Assembly (NCBI GenBank): GCA_963667015.2
Contig: CAXXJJ010000001.1
Location: forward strand, 2,176,001 to 2,240,000
Origin: Desulfatiglandales bacterium
GTDB lineage: Bacteria; Desulfobacterota; DSM-4660; Desulfatiglandales; HGW-15
DNA: 64,000 nucleotides
Reading direction: 5' to 3'
Shown here one piece after another: positions 29,110 to 39,522 of this stretch; positions within the stretch are counted from its first letter, which is position 1; every line of letters begins with the position of its first letter. The notes under the pieces are model-generated. The model worked only from the letters and a program-made list of their open reading frames with translations. It was not told where the DNA came from and ran no database searches. A program made the translations under genes and the position numbers.

Positions 29110-29565
29110 TCAGATTTTATCAATATATTGTTTCCCGCTGCCCGAGTTGAGATGAAAAATGGGTCTGTCAACTCTTCTTGCAATTAATGGACAATGTTTT
29201 ATCCCGGCCGGAATATAAACAAGAAAACTTTCAGTCATGACGAATTTTTCATCCTCCAGCCAGAATTCAATTTCACCGCACAAATCGTGCGGATCATCCC
29301 AGTTTGTTCCAAAAAAGGAAATAAATTCATCAAAATCATGGGTATGAGGTTTTGCAACATTTCTTTCGGAAGCGCATTCCGGCCATACCCATACGGCTTC
29401 GACATATGATGCCTCGGGAACAATGGAGCTGTCCAGCCACATCACGTGAGTCGGCTCACTTTTTGGCTGTTCTTTAGACTCTACAGGACCGGTTCGATGA
29501 GAGGATTTGCCCAGGTTGGGTGTAAAATTTGTAACCACATATTTTGAGTATTTGGATTCTTTCAT
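29110..29565 (-). CDS. Cupin-fold protein
   Basis: PHTHDFDE ... YIPAGIKHCP. Confidence 0.75.
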   Translation of the reverse strand: MKESKYSKYVVTNFTPNLGKSSHRTGPVESKEQPKSEPTHVMWLDSSIVPEASYVEAVWVWPECASERNVAKPHTHDFDEFISFFGTNWDDPHDLCGEIEFWLEDEKFVMTESFLVYIPAGIKHCPLIARRVDRPIFHLNSGSGKQYIDKI

Positions 29566-29702
29566 AATTCTCTCCTTCAATTAATGAAGCGACCTGTATT
29601 TTCCTGCCAGGTTGAATTAATAATAACTATATGAATAATTTATAAAAAATAAAACTTCAATATATTTTAAAAAGTATCTGCCACTGCTATAAAAGCAATG
29701 GA

Positions 29703-30725
29703 TTATTTCTTTGTCAACAGGGCGAAACGATCTTCATTAAACCTTTTGATTTCTTCAGTTATAATGGTGTCAACATTCTCATATATGCTGCCCAGAGCCC
29801 CATAGGTAAGGCATGGAATAAAGCTTCCGCCCGGCGTATACTCCTCAAGAGCCCTTACGACCTCGGCCCGGATTGTCTCTTCAGGGGCATCAGCTCGATC
29901 AACTATCGCCGCATCAATCCCGCCCATGATAACCATGCGTCCGTCGAGCTGTTTCTGGATTTTGGGTATATCATTCTGAGGAAGAGCTCCCTGCCAGATA
30001 TCGATGCCCAGCTCAACCATGTCTTCTACAATGGGTTCAAGGAATGAATCCGCATGGTGCATTATAATAACGCCTTTTTCATTCATGTATCTGTATGTCT
30101 TAACGAACTGGGGTTTAATAAATTCCCTCCAGGTGTCAGGGCTCATAAACATGCTGTTCTTGCTCCCCCAGTCATCATGGGTAAGCATAATATCGGGCTT
30201 AAGGTTGTCAACAATAAGCTTCATATAGTTATACCGGTATTCCCCTACATATTCACAAAGCTCCATCATGTATTCCGGTTCTGCCAGAAAATTAAGAAGG
30301 GTATCCTCAAAACCCATGAGAAAATGCAGCTGCTCAAATACGCCGGTAGGCATAAAGGCCATCAATAAACTGTTTTCACGGTCTATTTTGGAAATCGCTT
30401 CAAGGGCAGGCTCCCAGACAGAAGGATCAGAGCAGTTTCCAATAATATCAGGGGCTATGGCGCTCTTCTTCCATTCGCATATATCCGGTACAACCTTATC
30501 GTCTGCTGTAACATGGGGCATTGCGGCTATCTGATCTTCCGGCCACAGAATAAGTGTTCCCCATTTGTCCCGAAGGGGCTCCATACCCCTATAGCGTTTT
30601 CCTCTTGCATAACCGGCAACAGGGTCCGCGGGAAAGAAAGCCAAATTCTCATATTGATCTACAAGCCGGTCAGGCTTACCGTCTTTTTTTACTGTTTCAA
30701 GAAAATTCTCTTTTGAAGAAAGCAT
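29703..30725 (-). CDS. UroD/MtaA-CmuA family protein, resembling aryl-methyl-ether O-demethylase methyltransferase I
   Basis: ENFLET..GKPDRLVDQYE, DKWG, HDDWGS, MHHADS, MGGID, FIPC. Confidence 0.8.
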   Translation of the reverse strand: MLSSKENFLETVKKDGKPDRLVDQYENLAFFPADPVAGYARGKRYRGMEPLRDKWGTLILWPEDQIAAMPHVTADDKVVPDICEWKKSAIAPDIIGNCSDPSVWEPALEAISKIDRENSLLMAFMPTGVFEQLHFLMGFEDTLLNFLAEPEYMMELCEYVGEYRYNYMKLIVDNLKPDIMLTHDDWGSKNSMFMSPDTWREFIKPQFVKTYRYMNEKGVIIMHHADSFLEPIVEDMVELGIDIWQGALPQNDIPKIQKQLDGRMVIMGGIDAAIVDRADAPEETIRAEVVRALEEYTPGGSFIPCLTYGALGSIYENVDTIITEEIKRFNEDRFALLTKK

Positions 30726-30763
30726 GTTTACATCTCCTTATATACATAAAAAACTAAAAAAAA

Positions 30764-32119
30764 TCAGATAGTCAGTAATGCCCCCTGTGAGGTCAGGCAT
30801 TCCTGTAACCGTCCGTAATTAACCATTCGTGGCGTAATACCATCTTTTACCGCCATTGCAGCGGCAGTGCCTGCTGCCTGGCCCGTACCGATACAGAACT
30901 GAATAGGGCTGAGAAAATTAATGGCAATTTCATCAGCCGAAACACAACGTCCTGCCGTGAGCAGGTTTTCCAGTTTTTCAGGAACAAGGCATCTGTATGG
31001 AACATGTATATGAGGTTTTTCTGTAACAGGCGCAATGAATGACGGCGCCTCCAGGATTGTATCTTCATGTACAACTCCGGATTCTATATCTTCCATGGAG
31101 ACCGTATATTCCCCGGTCAGCCGTCTTGTGCAGCGTACTCCCGTCTGGGTTGCACTATCCATCAGGTAGCATTTTTCAAATCCGGGCACATATTTTTTAA
31201 AAAAATCATATGTAATCCTCATTCTTTTCCTGCCGGTTATCTCTACCCTGGTCAAATCCATGACATCAAGTCCGCTTAAATCAGGCAGCTGATTGTTAAA
31301 CCACATAACATCGTCAGGCGTGCATGATATGGCGTGTGTGAATCCGCCCTTTTCATTGCACTCTTTCATTAATTCAGCATATTTTGTTTTATCAGTCTCC
31401 CTGAATTCATAGAATCTATTACTGTCGATGTTGGAAAACCTGAAGGTAAAAGAGAGTTTTGCGGCTCTCTGGTCGGATTTCGGCATTCCGCCAAAGGATG
31501 CCCCTGCCGAGGCGTAGATATCACCATCCCCGGTGGTATCTATGACTGTTTTGGCCATTATTGCCTGCCTGCCGGATTTACTTTCAAAGAAAATACCCCT
31601 GATCCGGTTTTCTTCCACAATTGCCCTGCAGCCCAGTGAATGCAGAAGGAGCTCTACTCCTGCCTCCTCCATCATGTCATTTAATATACACTTAAGCATC
31701 TCCGGATCAACCTGGGCACTGAGTACGATCCTGCCTCCGATTACGGTAAATGGATACCGCCTCCAGTAATCGGTCAGTTTTTTGTCACTTGAGCCAAGGT
31801 CTTCCTTACGGGGGTGGACAGCGGCTCCGACATCATCGAGCCTGTCAATAATTTCCTGACATATTCCCGCGATCTGCTGTTCATTTGTACCGTCACTCAT
31901 GGGCATGATACATAAAACAAATCCACCGGTTGCAAGGCCCCCGAGGTAGCCGAATCTTTCGACCAGTACTGTACTGGCGCCGTTCCTGGCTGCAGCCAGT
32001 GCAGCGCCTGTTCCGGCCGGGCCTCCCCCGACAACCAGAACATCAGTTTCTCTGTAAACGTTAACTGTGCTGGCATCTTCAATTATTTTACTGTTAGACA
32101 GATCTTTTTTTTGGGGCAA
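30764..32119 (-). CDS. FAD-dependent oxidoreductase (cytoplasmic paralog)
   Basis: VVGGGPAG, IDTTGDGD, VPYRCLVP; no Tat signal. Confidence 0.9.
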   Translation of the reverse strand: MPQKKDLSNSKIIEDASTVNVYRETDVLVVGGGPAGTGAALAAARNGASTVLVERFGYLGGLATGGFVLCIMPMSDGTNEQQIAGICQEIIDRLDDVGAAVHPRKEDLGSSDKKLTDYWRRYPFTVIGGRIVLSAQVDPEMLKCILNDMMEEAGVELLLHSLGCRAIVEENRIRGIFFESKSGRQAIMAKTVIDTTGDGDIYASAGASFGGMPKSDQRAAKLSFTFRFSNIDSNRFYEFRETDKTKYAELMKECNEKGGFTHAISCTPDDVMWFNNQLPDLSGLDVMDLTRVEITGRKRMRITYDFFKKYVPGFEKCYLMDSATQTGVRCTRRLTGEYTVSMEDIESGVVHEDTILEAPSFIAPVTEKPHIHVPYRCLVPEKLENLLTAGRCVSADEIAINFLSPIQFCIGTGQAAGTAAAMAVKDGITPRMVNYGRLQECLTSQGALLTI

Positions 32120-32137
32120 AACCGGTTTCCTTGTGTT

Positions 32138-34097
32138 TTATTTAATATTACGCGGGCCATAGTGGGGGATATCCTGTCCCAGTTCATAGGCCCCAAGGTC
32201 GGGTAAACGACCCGTGTACCCGTCATTTACGTTGGGCAGTATCATTCCTGCATCAACTGCTCCGGAACCTGCCTTCAGGCGGAAGTCCAGGTCTTCACTT
32301 CTATAAAGCCTGCCGGGATTTTCGGTCGAAAGGGCAGGTACCTTTTCAAATATATCATAGTCAATCAGGATACTGTGTAAATCCTGTGCCGTGGTTTTGC
32401 TGAATTCTTCCAGGGTCTTAAATCGCCGGTCTACAGGTTTTCCTGTAAAATCCGCTGTTTTATTAAAATCCGGTGACTTCCAGATAAATGAGACATCCGC
32501 GCCGGGGTTTGGTCTAAAACCATTGTAATCCGAGCTTGAATAATTGGTGGCGGTTTCCATGCTGAATATTTCAGGTGCTGCTCCCTGTCCGAGAATCAGG
32601 TTGTTGCGGTAATGCAGGTTGGAAGCCTGGCCCATGGAAAGCACTTCGGATGTAAAGGTATTGTGATATGCAAGAATTCCTGCACTGTTGGCAGTAAACT
32701 TGACTGAGCCTCCTTCCGGAGCATGGTAAACAATGTTACGGATAAAATAGGCAGGACCTCCGAATACCGGCTGGGTACTGAGTGAACGATGGGCCTGGTT
32801 AATGCATCGGTTGCGCAGTACGCGGATATTGTACATGGCCCCGTCGGCTTCTATGCAATTGTCATCTACATTGGTGATATCATTATTATAAATATCAATT
32901 GATACGGGCATACGTTCCCTGACAGGCGAAGGATCCCCGTCCGGTTTTCCATAGGTTGCGTGATCAATGCCGTCGTGAAAGTTGGTCACATAGTTATAGG
33001 CAATAACATGACCTGAGCCATAAACCTTTACTGCGAGTTCCGAAGGAACCGGGGTAGGGTAGCCGGGGGTACCTTGCCATACCTTCCCGATCCAGCCCTC
33101 GAGCCTTTCCGGATGGCTTTTACCGATAAAGATATTATCGGCAATGAAAAAGTTTTTTGACCCTGACCAGTCCGTATATATGCCCACGCCCGATATTTTC
33201 CAGACGGCAGTTTTTGACTGTCAGCCCTACTGTTCCGGTCAGACCCTTGTGCCCGGCCTCAAAGGCCACTTCAGTGTTTCGAATGGTAAGACCCTCAAAG
33301 TACAGATAATCGGATGCCATTACATCAAAGAGGACATGATTTCCATTGCCGTCAAAAATTACTTCCCCGTCTCCTGCCGACATTATGGCAATGGGTTTTT
33401 CCGCTGTTCCGCTCTGGCGAAATCGATAGGTTCCGTCAAAGAGCAGGCCCAGCTGGTTGGCATATTTATAACGATCGTCTTTATAGATACCTGCATGCAC
33501 CAGGATCGTATCTCCGGGTTTTACCCTTGGCGGATAGGCATTAAACCAGTCCGCACCGTTTGCACTGGTATAAAAGGCTCCTAAAAGACCGGTGAATGAA
33601 GGTGCCTGCTTTTCACCTTTAAATCCCGGAGGGTATACATGAAAAACCCGTCCACCTTTAAATGGTTGTGGTTCGGGCCGGGTCCGGACAAAGAATTGAT
33701 GCTGATCGGTATTTTCCACACCATCAGGATCGGTCAGCCTGAGTTTTACTTCATATTCCGTATCCGGCTTTAAATCCATGATGCTGCCTGCAAACATGTT
33801 AGGTACAGTGTAGTCAAAGGCATTGTATGTGTTTATCAGCTCCTCGTTCTGTAACCGCAGAAGAGGAAGGGCTTCCTGCCAATCCTTCTCTCCCCTGAGC
33901 CGGTATCGCACTGAAACTGCAGCATTGCGGTTGCTGTCACCGTCAATATACCATTCAAAACCGAGAGATATGAGTGTAGGAGGTTCTATAACAAACTCTC
34001 CGGAATAAACCCTGTTGTCTAGGTTACTTGAAAAAGCAGGAAGTGAAAGAGGCAGAAATACGGATATGCACATCAATAGAAAATATTTAGTCTTCAT
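32138..34097 (-). pseudogene. Secreted right-handed beta-helix protein split by a +1 frameshift near 33183-33185
   Basis: ORFs 33135..34097 and 32138..33187 align end-to-end with intact paralog 43666..45759; removing one G restores ENIGRGIYTDWSGSKN. Confidence 0.85.
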
Positions 34098-34194
34098 GAT
34101 TACTCTAAAAAATATTGTTTTGTATTAATTTTATTCATAATGCTTCCATTGAAAACTTTAAAATCTTTTATTCAACCCATGATTTCATCCGGTA

Positions 34195-35985
34195 TCAGTT
34201 CAGTTCTATAACCGGGAGTGTCAGATAGGAACTGTGAGTTGAATCGTGATACACTGCAACTGTCGGAGCAGGATCAATCACCGGGGTTGTACGGTCTGCA
34301 AAATTGATCACAAGACGTATACGATGACCTGCCTTGAAAACCATGGATACAGGCAGTATATCAAACTGGAGCTCTGCAGGTTCACCGGGCGTAAGGGGTG
34401 TCACATCCTCCTCATAGGATCGGTGCCATGGTAAACCAAGATTATTGTAGGGCGGATCATCAAGCTTCCTTAATGAGGCCCTTAGCCTTCCCTGAACGTT
34501 ATATGATCTGGCCGTACCGTCAGGCGCAACATCCTGAATGGTGGCAAGAAAATCCCCGTCTGTAGAGGTTGACGATACCCAGAGGCTGATAGCGGGGTGG
34601 CCAGTGACCTGGAGATCAGAGCTGAGCGGTGCAGTCTCGTATATGAGTCCGCCCGGGGGCAGCTGACCGCGTGGAGCCGGCTGGTATGAAACGGTTGTTT
34701 CGCTTTTCGAATCAGCTTCCCCGGGTACTGCTGTTTCAAGTGTGCCGTTGCCCAGATAGTATCTGACCCTTTTTTCTTCCTGCAGGGGCCACTGTTTTGC
34801 AGAACGCCACTCGGATCCGGCAGGGGCATTGTATGTGTAGTAATATACTCGATCTTCATCCATTATTCCGTTCTTAATGCTTTTGAGCCAGTAATCAAAG
34901 AAACGGCGCTCTTCGATTGTGATATCAAACCCGGTATTTTTTTCCACTGCCATCCAGCCGCAGTGTCCTTCGGGACCCACGATAAGTTTTGCGGGACCGG
35001 TTACGTTGTTGAATGTAAAGAAAGCACCGTGTTTTGTGGGGCCTTCGTCCCAGTTTGCCGCCAGGTACATTGCGATGCCTGAAGAGTTGATTTTATCAAG
35101 GTATGTATGGGGGCTGCTTTTAAGCCACCAGGGCTGGGAAGTCGGATCAGTGATAGCCTCGGCAAAGCTGTCCCGATAGGGCGTGTAACCCGGATTTTCA
35201 ACCGATCCTTCATGCTCTGCTATGGCTTCTTTCAGCATGGACCCGTCAGTATCTGCATCCACCGGTGTTGCCACTGCATCCCGGGCTTCCCTGGAAGACA
35301 TTGCCTGTGTGGTAGTGCCCTTGGATGGAGCCATGCCGCCAGGGACACGAAAGGGATAGACATCATATTCGCAGCTCATGGGAAATACTGCCTTCAAATG
35401 GGGCGGAGCAGTTGTTGCAGCCTGCATCTGGCTGCCGCCTGTGGCGGAACAGCCCCACATGCCGATATTGCCGTTGCTCCATGGCTGTTTCGCGAGCCAT
35501 TCGGTAATATCATATGCATCCTTGCGCGCGGCAGTAATCCATTCGCCCCGGTTGTATGCCTCGTTATGTCCATATGAGGCATAGAGTCCCCGATAATCCG
35601 CGGTTGCCACCACATAGCCGTACTTGATGAGCCTTGCCGCTGTTCCGGGATAGGTTTCAACCGTAAGGGCTCCCTGGTTATTTGTATGCCTGCGGTTATA
35701 GGGTGTATGCATCCATATGACAGGAAGGGGTGTCTCGATTACTTTTCCGGTTGCTTTATCCTTTGGGCGGTATATATCCACGGCGATTTTTGTGCCGTCA
35801 CTCACCGGGACATACTGAGATGTAATATCATATTCATCACTGTAGATCACATCACTGTAGCCTGCATATTCGCCCGGGCTGGAGACTTGGTCCACGGTGG
35901 GTGTGTTATTGTTCGCACATGAAAGTATAAAAATACATAAAACTAAGGCTGCATATACAGAATATTTTTTCATTTTGTCTCTCAT
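34195..35985 (-). CDS. CocE/NonD (peptidase S15) hydrolase lipoprotein
   Basis: LSC lipobox; TPYNR, QPWSNGNIGMWGCSATGG, FKAGHRIRL. Confidence 0.9.
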   Translation of the reverse strand: MRDKMKKYSVYAALVLCIFILSCANNNTPTVDQVSSPGEYAGYSDVIYSDEYDITSQYVPVSDGTKIAVDIYRPKDKATGKVIETPLPVIWMHTPYNRRHTNNQGALTVETYPGTAARLIKYGYVVATADYRGLYASYGHNEAYNRGEWITAARKDAYDITEWLAKQPWSNGNIGMWGCSATGGSQMQAATTAPPHLKAVFPMSCEYDVYPFRVPGGMAPSKGTTTQAMSSREARDAVATPVDADTDGSMLKEAIAEHEGSVENPGYTPYRDSFAEAITDPTSQPWWLKSSPHTYLDKINSSGIAMYLAANWDEGPTKHGAFFTFNNVTGPAKLIVGPEGHCGWMAVEKNTGFDITIEERRFFDYWLKSIKNGIMDEDRVYYYTYNAPAGSEWRSAKQWPLQEEKRVRYYLGNGTLETAVPGEADSKSETTVSYQPAPRGQLPPGGLIYETAPLSSDLQVTGHPAISLWVSSTSTDGDFLATIQDVAPDGTARSYNVQGRLRASLRKLDDPPYNNLGLPWHRSYEEDVTPLTPGEPAELQFDILPVSMVFKAGHRIRLVINFADRTTPVIDPAPTVAVYHDSTHSSYLTLPVIELN

Positions 35986-35986
35986 A

Positions 35987-37606
35987 TTATTTAACTAGAA
36001 TCTGGCGTATTGTTTCATAGGGCCTTTCCACCACACGGCTTTCGGTGTCAAAGACCATGGTGCTGCGTTTTTCCCTTGAATAAGCCGGCCACTGCGGAAG
36101 CCCCTCTATATTGGGGTTGCCGGTGCGTACAAATTTAATCCATACCGAACTCATAAGATCTGCCATACGCTGAGGCTCCGGTCCGGGACCTACCATGCTT
36201 CTGTTTGTTTCGACATTGTCGAATACCAGTGGAACATCCAGTGCGTGATGCGCACGGAGCCGTCCATTATCGGCAAGGGTTTCCCAGACCATGAGGTAGA
36301 CATAAACCGGGGCTCCTTCCAGGGCGGCTTTTCGTTCTGCCTGAAATGTGGTTGCAATAAAATACCCCTTCAGGGAATCTGTGGCTGTAATGAGATAGGT
36401 CGGAGAGTAATCCGGAAAGGCAGAACGCAGGGCAGGAATAAATTCATCAGCCTTGGTTGGCAGGACCGTGCGGACATGTTCAACAAATTCTTCATCCGTG
36501 TATTTTCCGAATTTCGGATTGTTTCCCTGGAAAATAGCCATTTCATCCTTGTTTGAACCGATCATAAGGGGAACATCGGCCGATATCTCCGGGGCATCAG
36601 GTATAAATGGTTTGCGCTTAAGGGCTATGCCGTCTATACATGGAACAAAGCCTCCGACTGGAACCGTAAGCTGGCCGGTTGGGGATGGCGGAGAAGGCGG
36701 CATAGAAGGCTGGGCCTTAAAAATGCTCTGGGCATCCGCGTTCATTAGAGCCTCAACATCTCCTCCCGCAATTCCCAGGTTTTTCAGAAGATCACGTCCC
36801 AGTGCCACTGCATCTGCCTTTGAAGGTGCATCCAGCCCTGATCCGCTTTGAATAATGGCTTTATGAAAAAGGCCCTTAGCCGGGTCCATTGCCATAAGCA
36901 TGGCCACCTTGCGTCCTCCTCCGCTTTCGCCGAATATGGTGACATTGCCAGGATCCCCCCCGAAACCCTCGATATTATCCTTTACCCATTTGAGACTCAT
37001 GACAATGTCAAGCATACCGGCCTGGCCGGAGGATACATACTCCGGCCCCCATTCTTCACCAAGCTGCAGAAAACCGAAGACATTCAGACGATGGTTTACC
37101 GTGACTACGACGACATCCCCTTTGCGGGAAAGATTTTTACCGTTACAGAAGTCATCGCCCCCGGAACCGGAGGAAAACCCTCCGCCATGCAGCCAGACCA
37201 TGACCGGGCGCTTTTTTTTATCAAGTCCCGGTGACCATACATTAAGGAACAGGCAGTCTTCATCCGGTTTCTGCAGGCCTGAGGCAGGCCCGCCCGGGCC
37301 GGAACCCTGCATGGCCCTGTTGCCGTACTCAGAGGCGTCTGCCGGCTCGGTCCAGGAGACTGGGGGGACAGGCGGCTTGAACCTTAGTTTGCCGACAGGA
37401 GCAGCAGCATAACGGAGACCTTTAAAACTATATATCCCGTCCTCATTAAGGCCGCGGACAGGACCGTTGGATGTCTCCACCAGGTTTGGTTCGGATTCCG
37501 ACACGGGCGAAGGGACATCAGACCTGCAACCCGAAAACATGGCTGTTAAAATAAAAATTACTGCTGTGAAAATATAAAAAGGGTGAATTTTTATGGGGAG
37601 TTTCAT
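35987..37606 (-). CDS. Type-B carboxylesterase lipoprotein
   Basis: FSGC lipobox; EDCLFLNVW, HGGG, FGESGGG. Confidence 0.92.
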   Translation of the reverse strand: MKLPIKIHPFYIFTAVIFILTAMFSGCRSDVPSPVSESEPNLVETSNGPVRGLNEDGIYSFKGLRYAAAPVGKLRFKPPVPPVSWTEPADASEYGNRAMQGSGPGGPASGLQKPDEDCLFLNVWSPGLDKKKRPVMVWLHGGGFSSGSGGDDFCNGKNLSRKGDVVVVTVNHRLNVFGFLQLGEEWGPEYVSSGQAGMLDIVMSLKWVKDNIEGFGGDPGNVTIFGESGGGRKVAMLMAMDPAKGLFHKAIIQSGSGLDAPSKADAVALGRDLLKNLGIAGGDVEALMNADAQSIFKAQPSMPPSPPSPTGQLTVPVGGFVPCIDGIALKRKPFIPDAPEISADVPLMIGSNKDEMAIFQGNNPKFGKYTDEEFVEHVRTVLPTKADEFIPALRSAFPDYSPTYLITATDSLKGYFIATTFQAERKAALEGAPVYVYLMVWETLADNGRLRAHHALDVPLVFDNVETNRSMVGPGPEPQRMADLMSSVWIKFVRTGNPNIEGLPQWPAYSREKRSTMVFDTESRVVERPYETIRQILVK

Positions 37607-37810
37607 CGCGTCCTCGCTTAAAATTCGGAGATTGGATTTAAATGTAAGGAATTGCTCGGATAATATAAAATATTTTCACAAATACTAAATTTATAGGCAA
37701 TTATCTTTAAATAATGTATATAGGTATACAAAAGACTTAATAGTGTCAATAAAAATGTCGACGCATTATAAAGCGGCCTGATATATTTATCCCGATCAAA
37801 GAGGAATGCT

Positions 37811-39484
37811 ATGCCCTGTGAGAAACGTAATAGGTTTACTGAAATTCTATTTTTTGCGGTTGTCATTATTTTGCTTTTTCTGACTGCATCAGCACCCGCT
37901 GCAGGACAAAATGAAAAAAACAGTGAAGGAATCTATTCTGTTCTTGATCCGCGCGGTATCTGGCCGAGGATCGAACGTATTCCATTGAGTCCCAGGCTGT
38001 CATCTCTTAAGGGAAGACGGATCTATATGATCAATTCCTGGGGAAGCGGCACAGGATTTGAAACCTTTTTTTTAAAGATTAAGAAGAAATTACAGGAAAG
38101 CTATCCTGATATTGCAGTCACAATCAAGGGCCGCATTACAGGATATTCTCAGGATGATCCCGAGCTCTGGAAGGAGATGCTGGACAAAGCCGATGCATTC
38201 ATCTATGCGGGCGCACCATCTTCCTCCACTACTTCCTATGCCTTTAAGTGGTCGGCAAAACTGGAAAAATCCGGACTGCCGGGTGCAGTACTGATGTTTG
38301 ATACCCTGTTAAGTGTTGCTGATACCACCCGAAGCCGGGAGGGCGCAGAGGTTCGCTTTACAGCGATCCCCTATCCCGCAGAGACAATGAACCAGTCTCA
38401 GGAAGACAGGGCTATTGATGATATCCTTGCATGCCTGATCCTTCCGCTCAATGATAAGGAACAAAGAAAGGGTTACATCGAGACGCCAAAAAGACCGAGG
38501 ATTATTACCTGCGGAACCCTTGATGAAATTCAGGAATATTTTCATACTCAGGGTATGACAGACGGTCTGCCTGTTATTCCGCCAACCGGGGATCGCGTTG
38601 CAGAGATGCTGAAGGGCACGAGCCTCGATCCCAAAACCGTGGTTATAAACGCCATGATGCCGGAGGGCCTGGGTGTAACCGTGGAAAAAGTCGCCATCAA
38701 TGCGGTAATGGCCGGTTGTGAACCCCGCCATATGCCGGTGCTCCTCGCTACTCTGGAGGCATACGGCAAGCATAACCTTAACTCCCTTGTTCGCTCAACA
38801 AATGCATTCTCTTTTATGCAGGTTGTGAACGGCCCCATCCGGCAGGAGCTGGGCATGAACGCGGGCACTTCTGTTCTGTGCCCTGGAAATTATGCCAACG
38901 CTGTTCTGGGGCGCGCCCTGCGCCTGTTTATAATTAATCTGGGGGGAGGCGTTACCGGTATAAACATGATGGCGGTTGTGGGCAACATCAGCACCTGGCC
39001 CTTTCTTTTTCCCGAGTTTGAAGAAGAAAGTCCATGGCAGCCATTCAGCATATCGCAGGGCTATAAACCGGAAGACAACACGCTCACAATGTTTATCGGC
39101 GGCTGGGCGCACGCCGGTAATTACGGCCATGTGCGCTTTACCCTTGACCATGTGGCCGCAGATATTGCCGAATTTGAGTTCCCCATGGGTGCAGTAATTA
39201 TCATATCGCCCAAGCGTGCCGAGATGTTAAATGCAGAGGGATTTACAAAACAGAAAATAGCCGATTACCTGGTTGAACATGCAGTAAAACCTCTGGGTGA
39301 ATTAAGGACCTCCCATTATTTCAGGGATACACCGGAGACTGAAGGGAAACCTGACAGCTTCCTGCATCAGGTATTTAAACCTGGTACCATCGATATTGTT
39401 GTAGCAGGCGGTAATGCCAGCCCAATGATGCAGGCATGGCATATGTACAGGCCGGTGACCGTTTCCATTGACAGATGGAGATAG
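37811..39484 (+). CDS. Secreted UGSC-like two-domain fusion protein
   Basis: VLDP..LSPRLSSLKG N-terminal domain; TDGLPVIPPT..VAEML, TVEKVAINAVMAGC, VNGPI, ANAVLGRALRL. Confidence 0.7.
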   Translation: MPCEKRNRFTEILFFAVVIILLFLTASAPAAGQNEKNSEGIYSVLDPRGIWPRIERIPLSPRLSSLKGRRIYMINSWGSGTGFETFFLKIKKKLQESYPDIAVTIKGRITGYSQDDPELWKEMLDKADAFIYAGAPSSSTTSYAFKWSAKLEKSGLPGAVLMFDTLLSVADTTRSREGAEVRFTAIPYPAETMNQSQEDRAIDDILACLILPLNDKEQRKGYIETPKRPRIITCGTLDEIQEYFHTQGMTDGLPVIPPTGDRVAEMLKGTSLDPKTVVINAMMPEGLGVTVEKVAINAVMAGCEPRHMPVLLATLEAYGKHNLNSLVRSTNAFSFMQVVNGPIRQELGMNAGTSVLCPGNYANAVLGRALRLFIINLGGGVTGINMMAVVGNISTWPFLFPEFEEESPWQPFSISQGYKPEDNTLTMFIGGWAHAGNYGHVRFTLDHVAADIAEFEFPMGAVIIISPKRAEMLNAEGFTKQKIADYLVEHAVKPLGELRTSHYFRDTPETEGKPDSFLHQVFKPGTIDIVVAGGNASPMMQAWHMYRPVTVSIDRWR

Positions 39485-39522
39485 GTGCTTTGAAAATATT
39501 AAACCAGCGGAGATTTAAGACT

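Noticed and set aside
37811..39484. Selenocysteine read-through in the UGSC-like gene
   Set aside because: The ORF has no in-frame TGA.
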